This document shows, one piece after another, positions 1 to 5,814 of a DNA stretch of 64,000 bases; positions within the stretch are counted from its first letter, which is position 1, and each line of letters starts with the position of its first letter. The stretch is taken from positions 1 through 64,000 of IMG/VR virus record IMGVR_UViG_3300044811_000010; one strand, given 5' to 3'. Position numbers and translations under genes: made by a program. The stretch comes from a virus. The notes beneath the pieces were generated by a model. The model had not been told where the DNA came from and did not search any database. It worked only from the letters and a program-made list of their open reading frames with translations.

Positions 1-23
1 GGTGTGTCTGCTACACTATGTGC

Positions 24-359
24 ATGACCACGGCAGAGAAGGCGTATATCGCAGGGATCATCGACGGCGAAGGCTGGATGGGCCTTGTGTCTGATGGGAA
101 GGGACGAAACCGGCGACCTCAGATCGAGGTTGAATCCACCGACAGGGAACTTACTCTCTGGCTACATGAGAAGGCAGGTGGTTACAACCCCCGGAGTAGG
201 GAGCCCAGGAACGACCGGCAGAAGGCCATCCACCGCTGGCGAGTCGGCGGGCCGAAGGCCAAGCGACTGCTCGTAGAGGTACTGCCGTACATCGTGATCG
301 AGCGGCGCAGGATACGGGCGATGGAGCTGCTTGGGCACCGGACGGGGCTGGAAAACTAA
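24..359 (+). CDS. single-motif LAGLIDADG homing endonuclease-like protein
   Basis: AYIAGIIDGEG motif near the N-terminus; TACACT -10 box 6 nt before the ATG at 24 (leaderless start). Confidence 0.8.
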   Translation: MTTAEKAYIAGIIDGEGWMGLVSDGKGRNRRPQIEVESTDRELTLWLHEKAGGYNPRSREPRNDRQKAIHRWRVGGPKAKRLLVEVLPYIVIERRRIRAMELLGHRTGLEN

Positions 360-437
360 AGTGGTACGAAGCCCAGAGGCTCATAGTGGTACATCGCCTG
401 CCGGTGGACAAGACGTAGCACGCGCTACGATGTGCCT

Positions 438-881
438 ATGCCTCAGCTCTCTCTCCGCGCCCGGCGCGAACTCGCACGCGGCTTCAACTACCGCGACATC
501 AAGGCCATCGGCAACCGGTACTTCTGGGGACTGGGCAACCGCGCTGTGCTGCAGACGGCGCTCGGCACGCCCAACGCGGACCTCTACTTCTACGCGAGGA
601 CTCCCGGCACGGCCGGGAACTCCATCCGGGTTCGGATCGTTGTTGCTGGCAACAGCACGCCGCTCAGCGTGGTCGTTGCAGGCTCGGACATCACGGTGAA
701 CTCGGCGACCGACTCCGGCGGAGCAGCGACCTCGACAGCCCGAGACGTTGTCCGGGCCATCAACTTCGACAACAAGGCCGGCGGCGCTGGGCTTCTCGTG
801 CATGCACAGCACGCGCCCGCGAACGACGGCACCGGGGTAGTCTCCGCGCTGGCTTACACGAACCTCGCCGGCGCTGTCTAA
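438..881 (+). CDS. hypothetical, possibly virion-associated protein (sheath-like A-x-x-PG-x-x-GN-x-I-x-V motif)
   Basis: ORF 432..881; TACGAT-N6-ATG places the start at 438; Gly/Ala/Thr-rich composition. Confidence 0.6.
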   Translation: MPQLSLRARRELARGFNYRDIKAIGNRYFWGLGNRAVLQTALGTPNADLYFYARTPGTAGNSIRVRIVVAGNSTPLSVVVAGSDITVNSATDSGGAATSTARDVVRAINFDNKAGGAGLLVHAQHAPANDGTGVVSALAYTNLAGAV

Positions 882-894
882 CAGGCGCCTCCGC

Positions 895-923
895 TTGACT
901 TAGACTCCCAGTAGTGGTACGAT
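895..923 (+). promoter_or_regulatory. sigma70/SigA-type promoter
   Basis: TTGACT-N17-TACGAT with TG extended -10. Confidence 0.75.
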
Positions 924-1006
924 CCTTGGGTCGCTGGCGCTACGCGCACTACGTCCGGCTCAGACACGGCAGCGGCTTCTCTTCCCCAACCGAAGGAGGC
1001 TCTACC

Positions 1007-1231
1007 ATGCAGCTCACCAACCGGCATCCTCGCCCGGCCGCTCTCGCGTCAGAACTCGCGGACGCTCAGGCGAAGCACAACGCGGAGGTCGCCGCCTCCA
1101 AGCAGCGACTAGCCGACAAGCGGGACTGGGTCGTTCAGCGGGCGACGGATCGAGTGCAGGCTGTTCGCGAGCTTCAGCGTGACCTGAAGACCGAAGAGCA
1201 GGCGCTCAGCGATCTGATCAAGGCCGCGTAG
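1007..1231 (+). CDS. small coiled-coil protein
   Basis: GAAGGAGG SD before ATG 1007; helical Ala/Glu/Gln/Arg-rich sequence. Confidence 0.7.
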   Translation: MQLTNRHPRPAALASELADAQAKHNAEVAASKQRLADKRDWVVQRATDRVQAVRELQRDLKTEEQALSDLIKAA

Positions 1232-1251
1232 CTGATAGGCTACGGTGTGTA

Positions 1252-1325
1252 GGGCCGACGTTGGAGGGCAGAACGGGTAAACGGAAACGCCCCGGCTGTC
1301 GAGGGTTCGACTCCCTCTCGGTCCA
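1252..1325 (+). ncRNA. tRNA-like RNA with alanine acceptor identity and no canonical anticodon loop
   Basis: Acceptor GGGCCGA/TCGGTCC with G3:U70 and A73; T-arm GAGGG-TTCGACT-CCCTC; central region cannot form a 7-nt anticodon loop. Confidence 0.7.
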
Positions 1326-1327
1326 TC

Positions 1328-1386
1328 GGGGATTACAGGCATCGACGCGCCTAGCGCGGACGTGGGTTCGACTCCCACAGTCTCCA
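1328..1386 (+). ncRNA. minimal tmRNA tRNA-like domain (no mRNA-like domain)
   Basis: 5' GGGGATTACAGGCATCGAC and 3' GGACGTGGGTTCGACTCCCACAGTCTCCA match the tmRNA termini (G3:U70, TCGAC, GGAC, T-arm); they are joined only by the hairpin GCGC-CTA-GCGC. Confidence 0.8.
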
Positions 1387-1387
1387 C

Positions 1388-1680
1388 TGCAAGGCAGTAC
1401 AGACGGCCGCGCGGTCCCCTGCTCAGGTAAGGCACCGTGAGGAAGGTCGAGGCATCGCGCCCCGCCACATTGGGGAGGACGAGGGGCAAGAGGGAGGGCT
1501 TAGGCCCGCTATGACCTCAACTGCGGTCAAGCGATGCGATCCCTGAAGCGCCGGCGAGTGGCAGCCGGACTGGTGGGAGCGGCGGTAGCGAGCAATCGCC
1601 CGCTAGAGCCTAGGCTCTAAGAAGGATGGTCGTCACCGGCACAGGCCGGCACAGAACCTCGCCTATCGGACTGACTTGCA
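1388..1680 (+). ncRNA. rnpB: RNase P RNA (compact, 293 nt)
   Basis: P1 TGCAAGGCAGT/ACTGACTTGCA; P2 GACGGCCG/TGGTCGTC; CR-I GAGGAAGGTCGAGG and CR-V ACAGAACCTCGCCTA form the 8-bp P4 with bulged U; P5/P7 GCATCGC/GCGATGC; P15 TCCC/GGGA with GGT in L15; P19 CCGGC/GCCGG. Confidence 0.9.
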
Positions 1681-1704
1681 TCTGTCAACGAAGTATGCTA
1701 GAGT
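1676..1704 (+). promoter_or_regulatory. promoter of tRNA cluster 1
   Basis: TTGCAT-N17-TAGAGT with TG extension; near-identical copy at 9604-9632. Confidence 0.75.
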
Positions 1705-1762
1705 TCTTCGAACGCCGCAGAGGTTGGCTCTGTAGGAGGTTTGAATCCTCCGTGCGGCTCCA

Positions 1763-1835
1763 GGGGGTGTAGCTCTAACGGTAGAGCGCCTGCCTTGCAA
1801 GCAGAGGGTTGTGGGTTCGAATCCCATCTCCTCCA
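1763..1835 (+). tRNA. tRNA-Ala(TGC)
   Basis: cloverleaf, loop CT-TGC-AA, G3:U70. Confidence 0.95.
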
Positions 1836-1863
1836 CTTGGGGAGTCTTCGGGCTCCCCGCCAA

Positions 1864-1935
1864 GCGCCGCTAACTCAGCGGGAGAGTGCCACGGTGACAA
1901 CGTGGAAGTCGCAAGTTCGATTCTTGCGCGGCGCA
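1864..1935 (+). tRNA. tRNA-Val(GAC)
   Basis: cloverleaf, loop GT-GAC-AA. Confidence 0.95.
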
Positions 1936-1941
1936 CTTCAT

Positions 1942-2014
1942 GGCCCTGTAGCTCAGCGTGTAGAGCGTCCGGTTTACACCCGGCAGGTCGTAGGTTCGAA
2001 TCCTACCAGGGCCA
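1942..2014 (+). tRNA. tRNA-Val(TAC)
   Basis: cloverleaf, loop TT-TAC-AC. Confidence 0.95.
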
Positions 2015-2019
2015 CTCAT

Positions 2020-2096
2020 GGGACAGTATCCCCTCCGTCTGATAAGCGGTAGAAAGGGTAGCTGGTAACACGAGGGTTCAACTCCTTCCTGTCCCA
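2020..2096 (+). tRNA. atypical tRNA-Ile(GAT), D-loop displaced to the 3' side of the anticodon arm
   Basis: Acceptor GGGACAG/CTGTCCC+A; T-arm GAGGG-TTCAACT-CCTTC; anticodon CCGT-CTGATAA-GCGG starts 8 nt after the acceptor; D-loop-like AGCTGGTA lies after it. Confidence 0.75.
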
Positions 2097-2100
2097 CTCC

Positions 2101-2173
2101 GCAGCGGTAGCTCAATTGGTAGAGCACCACCTTGCCATGGTGGATGTCGCGAGTTCGAATCTCGTCCGCTGCT
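2101..2173 (+). tRNA. tRNA-Gly(GCC)
   Basis: cloverleaf, loop TT-GCC-AT, U73. Confidence 0.95.
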
Positions 2174-2176
2174 TAC

Positions 2177-2249
2177 GCCTCCGTAACTCAAATGGCTAGA
2201 GGCCCGGCTCTTACCCGGTGCGATGCGGGTTCGATTCCTGCCGGGGGTA
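2177..2249 (+). tRNA. tRNA-Lys(CTT)
   Basis: cloverleaf, loop CT-CTT-AC. Confidence 0.92.
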
Positions 2250-2253
2250 CTTC

Positions 2254-2326
2254 GCTCGCATGGCGCAAATGGCAGCGCACTCCCTTGGTATGGGAGAGGT
2301 TCTGAGTTCGAGTCTCAGTGTGAGCT
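2254..2326 (+). tRNA. tRNA-Thr(GGT)
   Basis: cloverleaf, loop TT-GGT-AT. Confidence 0.95.
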
Positions 2327-2369
2327 TCGGTGGGAAATGTCGGCCGTAAGGCTGGGCGCCCATCGGTAC

Positions 2370-2437
2370 GCCTCGCCATCAGGAGATGGCCTGTCCCTTG
2401 TAAGGACGGAGGCTGGGTTCGAGTCCCAGGCGAGGCT
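2370..2437 (+). tRNA. tRNA-Thr(TGT), compact D-arm
   Basis: GCCTCGC/GCGAGGC; D hairpin CATC-AGGA-GATG; loop CT-TGT-AA; 68 nt. Confidence 0.85.
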
Positions 2438-2441
2438 CTTC

Positions 2442-2508
2442 GCCGGACGATCAGGGATCAGCCGTCTTTCGTAAGGACGGCAGACGAGTTCGATTCTCGT
2501 GTTCGGCT
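2442..2508 (+). tRNA. tRNA-Thr(CGT), compact D-arm
   Basis: GCCGGAC/GTTCGGC; D hairpin GATC-AGG-GATC; 7-bp anticodon stem, loop TT-CGT-AA; 67 nt. Confidence 0.85.
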
Positions 2509-2511
2509 TAC

Positions 2512-2587
2512 GCAGGTGTGTTCACAACGGCATGATGCTGGCCTTCCAAGCCATGCGATGAGGGTTCGACTCCCTTCACCTGTTCCA
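2512..2587 (+). tRNA. tRNA-Gly(TCC)
   Basis: cloverleaf, loop CT-TCC-AA; followed by an encoded CCA. Confidence 0.92.
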
Positions 2588-2669
2588 AGGTTGTAGGTCA
2601 CCACGACCGCTGACTCCCGCGCGCATAAAGACGTAAGGCGCGGGGCGAGGACGGTGACTGCGTCTATGC

Positions 2670-2742
2670 GGCTTCGTAGCTCAGTCGGTAGAGCAGGCCC
2701 CTGAAAAGGGTCGTGTCGCAGGTTCGAATCCTGCCGAAGCCA
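2670..2742 (+). tRNA. tRNA-Phe(GAA)
   Basis: cloverleaf, loop CT-GAA-AA. Confidence 0.95.
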
Positions 2743-2746
2743 CTTC

Positions 2747-2786
2747 AACGCCCGCTAGAGAGGTCCGATCCCTCCTAGCGGGCGTT
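2747..2786. terminator. bidirectional hairpin terminator between tRNA cluster 1 and convergent ORFs
   Basis: AACGCCCGCTAG...CTAGCGGGCGTT inverted repeat. Confidence 0.65.
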
Positions 2787-2793
2787 CTGCGTT

Positions 2794-2994
2794 CTAGGGC
2801 TTGAGGAACGTGACGACGAGTCCGATGGTGTAAGGATCTCGTTGGTTGCCACCTTCCAGCGCTGAAGCAGACGACAGTGCGTAGCCAGCGTCTGCTGCAG
2901 CCTTCAGCTCGGCGACGAACGTCTCGGTGTCTGACAGAGACGCCGGGATTGGGGTCTTCACCGTCACGGTGTCCACGCGCTTGACCTCGATCAT
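2794..2994 (-). CDS. hypothetical protein
   Basis: ATG at 2994 overlaps the stop of the upstream ORF (ATGA coupling). Confidence 0.6.
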   Translation of the reverse strand: MIEVKRVDTVTVKTPIPASLSDTETFVAELKAAADAGYALSSASALEGGNQRDPYTIGLVVTFLKP

Positions 2995-3203
2995 CCGAGC
3001 ACCAGTACGCTGTTGGCGTTCTTGACCACCGAGACGTGGCCTAGATCGTTCTCGATCCTGATGCGATAGACGACGTGCCACTGGCTGACGCGCTTAGGCT
3101 CCCCAGGGTCGAGGACGACGCCGGGAACGACTTGGCCGCTCTGGTTGTAAGCAACCCTAGCGCCCCTCGTGATCTCAGTACCTCGGCTGTCGCAGACGAT
3201 CAT
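2991..3203 (-). CDS. hypothetical protein (small, SH3-like beta fold possible)
   Basis: ORF translationally coupled to both neighbours. Confidence 0.6.
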   Translation of the reverse strand: MIVCDSRGTEITRGARVAYNQSGQVVPGVVLDPGEPKRVSQWHVVYRIRIENDLGHVSVVKNANSVLVLG

Positions 3204-3946
3204 CGGGATTCACCGGCTGCCTTGGCTGCCGCCTTGCGGCCGGCGGCGTCATCGAGCTGCTCCTGCGTCGTCTCGGGGTAGACACCTAGGATCGCAGCGT
3301 CGAGCAGCAGCTTGAGGTTGACGGGGCGGTACTTCGTCTGCTCGACCGAGAGGTTGATGTGGTTGCGGACGAACGGAACGAAGGCGTCCCGGCTGTAGCC
3401 GTTGTTGTGGATGTGGCCGTGGACGCGGATGTGGTCGGCGGACATGGGCCCGTCCTCGGCGTCGTTCCATGCGTAGTGCGAGAAGCTGACTTGGTGCTGG
3501 CAGTCGGCCGGGTCGCCGAGTGGGTCGTCAAACCCGCGCACGCGCAGGTACGGCTCCTCTGCGTGGACTTCGAGGCCCAGCGCGAACGGCCGCACGACTT
3601 GGAAGCCTGACTTCTTGTAGAAGCTGTAGGGCTGCTTGTCGTGGTTGCCGATGATCAGCAGCTTACGGGCGCCGGTCAGCTCCTTGGCGATCAGGTGCTT
3701 GAAGCGGCCGTTGCCTCGGTAGCTGAGGTCGCCAAGGTGGAGCACCGTAGCGTCGTCAGGCACTTGGGCTCGCCATTCGGCGATCATCACTTGCTCGTGG
3801 TCTTCCGGCCTATGGCAGAAGCCGACGATGTTGTCGTGGCCGAAGTGCGTGTCGGAGACGATCCAAGTGTTCTCTGGGTCGATGTCGTCACGGAACTTCA
3901 TGGCCGGGCGCGATTCGGACGCGCTGCCGGTTCTAGAGTTGCTCAT
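3200..3946 (-). CDS. calcineurin-like metallophosphoesterase
   Basis: SDTHFGH, HLGD, GNHD and HGHIH motifs; leaderless TACGAT-N6-ATG. Confidence 0.9.
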   Translation of the reverse strand: MSNSRTGSASESRPAMKFRDDIDPENTWIVSDTHFGHDNIVGFCHRPEDHEQVMIAEWRAQVPDDATVLHLGDLSYRGNGRFKHLIAKELTGARKLLIIGNHDKQPYSFYKKSGFQVVRPFALGLEVHAEEPYLRVRGFDDPLGDPADCQHQVSFSHYAWNDAEDGPMSADHIRVHGHIHNNGYSRDAFVPFVRNHINLSVEQTKYRPVNLKLLLDAAILGVYPETTQEQLDDAAGRKAAAKAAGESR

Positions 3947-4067
3947 ACGAGAATCGTACCACTAACGGGCCTGATTAGCACGCTTTCGCGAGCGATTAGC
4001 ACGATCACCGGCCCGGAATCGAAGATAAAGTGGCGGTTAGAGGGTCTAACCGCAACTTTACTGGCAC

Positions 4068-4409
4068 TCAGAACCCGAGTTCGTCAAGGCTGGCGCGTGG
4101 GTCGGAATCTAGGACCACTTCTTCGCCGCTGCAGCCCCAAGGCTCGGCGCAGGGGACGTGATGTGGGCACGGACGGGCAACGCGCTTGTAGCCCTTCGGA
4201 ATGCTGCGCGCCCTAGGAGGCGTCGGCTTGTCGATGAACACGCCGAACTCCTTGAAGCAGTCGGCGCAGAGGTCGTACTTGCGATCCGGGTACAGCCCAG
4301 GGTCCTGCTGACGGCCGTTTGCCTTCAGGCCGGGCACGTCGATGGTGCGGCGACCGCTGCGGATTTCCCTACCGCAGCGGTCGCACTCGATGATGTTCCT
4401 GACGCCCAT
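4068..4409 (-). CDS. zinc-finger hypothetical protein
   Basis: CDRC...DLCADC plus further Cys/His residues. Confidence 0.65.
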   Translation of the reverse strand: MGVRNIIECDRCGREIRSGRRTIDVPGLKANGRQQDPGLYPDRKYDLCADCFKEFGVFIDKPTPPRARSIPKGYKRVARPCPHHVPCAEPWGCSGEEVVLDSDPRASLDELGF

Positions 4410-5812
4410 CAGAGCGCCGCCCTCTCACGGATCTGGTCGAACGTCTGCTCGTTGACGAGCTGGCCGTCCTTGAACACCGTCTGCAGCGCGTCGCACTCGT
4501 CGTTGTCGAGCCACACGCCTTCCCTGTCCGTGTGGAAGGTGTTGTGCTGCAGGTTCTGGATCAGTGTCAAGCGGCCCTTCTTCGACGCCTTGGTGGAGTC
4601 CAAGGGCTTCTTGTACACGTCGTGCCACTCGCCGTCGCGTTGCTGAGCGCTGCTCTTGAACGCGAAGCGGCAGGTGTCGCGGTTGAGGCGCTGCAGGAGG
4701 CCTCCGCCCATCCCGAACACGAGGTTCTCGGGGCTGAACCCCTGCAACATAGCGCGGTTGACGATCTTCTCGATGCCATGCTCGTCAATCCCGTCGCCCC
4801 ACAGCAGCCGGACGTGCGGGTCGAGGACCCTGAATCCCTTAGGCGTCTGGGTTCCGCCGTAGTAGCTCCACAGCCGCTCCAAGAGCGCCGAGGTCAGGAG
4901 CTGCGGAGTCGGATGGTCGCGCGTGACCGAGTCCGGCCGCACGACGAACACGCCGTCGCGCGAGAGGATGCGGTCCTTGAACGTCGTCCCGACCCGATCC
5001 ACGAACTCGTAGATGTCGTAGGAGTCCGCGACGACGCTGAGGATGCCGCCGGGGTGGTTGTCGAGAAGCCGCGACGTGATCGCGGCCTCTCCATCACGGC
5101 CGAGCGAGGTCATGACCGAGTGCTCGGTCGCCGGAACGCTGAACGCCAGCGTGTTGGGGTCAGCGCCATAGTCACGGATTGCCAGAAGCAGCGCCGGCAG
5201 CGTGTCAGCGCCAACGAAGCTCGTCAAATGGCCCGCCACGGCAATCGCGGCGGCCTCATGGCCCGCTGCACCCCGGTATCCGAAGTCGTGGAGCATGAAT
5301 TGAAGCCCATCGAGGCCCGATCCGGCCGCAGTGAGGCGTTCGGCGAGCATTCGCTTGACCGAGCGGCTCCTAGTGGCAACCGTCGTCGGGTACCAGACGT
5401 GCATGAGCAGCGATTCGAGCGCGTTGGTGAGCCAGAACGCATCGGGGTCGGTGTTCTCGACCGCCATCAGCACGTTCCCGACCGGGACAACGGACCCCTC
5501 GGGCACGGCCTTGATGTGCAGCGGCAGACGCCCTCCATGCCGGTCGATGATCGTCTCCCAGCCCTTGTAGTTGAAGACCGAAGCGTCCCCGAAGTGGACC
5601 CGAGCCAGCTCGAAGGCTTCACTGAGGTTCTCGTAGGTCACGCGAGGGATGGTCTTCAGGATGGACTGCAGGCCGAAGAACACCGTCTCGTCGTACTCCG
5701 AACCCTGACGGGCTTCGAGGTAGCTGTAGACGCCGGTCGTGTTGGCCGGGTACTGATTCCAGTGGCCCAGCTTGTAACTGTCGGTTGCGAGGATCGGATT
5801 GTCGAGCATCAT
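4409..5812 (-). CDS. nadV: nicotinamide phosphoribosyltransferase (NAMPT)
   Basis: TDSYKLGH, LHDFGYRG, PATEHS, SVVADSYD, VVRPDS, WGDGI and FGMGGGLLQ motifs. Confidence 0.95.
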   Translation of the reverse strand: MMLDNPILATDSYKLGHWNQYPANTTGVYSYLEARQGSEYDETVFFGLQSILKTIPRVTYENLSEAFELARVHFGDASVFNYKGWETIIDRHGGRLPLHIKAVPEGSVVPVGNVLMAVENTDPDAFWLTNALESLLMHVWYPTTVATRSRSVKRMLAERLTAAGSGLDGLQFMLHDFGYRGAAGHEAAAIAVAGHLTSFVGADTLPALLLAIRDYGADPNTLAFSVPATEHSVMTSLGRDGEAAITSRLLDNHPGGILSVVADSYDIYEFVDRVGTTFKDRILSRDGVFVVRPDSVTRDHPTPQLLTSALLERLWSYYGGTQTPKGFRVLDPHVRLLWGDGIDEHGIEKIVNRAMLQGFSPENLVFGMGGGLLQRLNRDTCRFAFKSSAQQRDGEWHDVYKKPLDSTKASKKGRLTLIQNLQHNTFHTDREGVWLDNDECDALQTVFKDGQLVNEQTFDQIRERAAL

Positions 5813-5814
5813 GG

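Noticed and set aside
438-881. Contractile tail sheath (myovirus)
   Set aside because: Only about 147 aa with a short sheath-like motif; the tail module is siphovirus-like with no sheath or baseplate wedge genes.
1252-1325. Y RNA (YrlA-like)
   Set aside because: The acceptor stem is formed by the free 5'/3' ends, no Ro-binding stem is evident, and there is no Ro60 ORF in the window.
1290-1390. Two-piece (circularly permuted) tmRNA formed from the 1252 and 1328 elements
   Set aside because: The 3' acceptor strand of the first (TCGGTCC) does not pair with the 5' strand of the second (GGGGATT). Each element closes its own acceptor stem, and no tag frame follows.
2588-2668. Self-cleaving ribozyme (hammerhead/twister) or SRP RNA in the tRNA spacer
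   Set aside because: No CUGAUGA/GAAA core, twister pseudoknot or SRP domain IV motif found by eye; kept only as a K-turn hairpin.
1109-2748. ORFs listed across the ncRNA/tRNA cluster (also 7293-7926 and 9477-11059)
   Set aside because: They overlap well-formed RNA genes and lack protein-like motifs.
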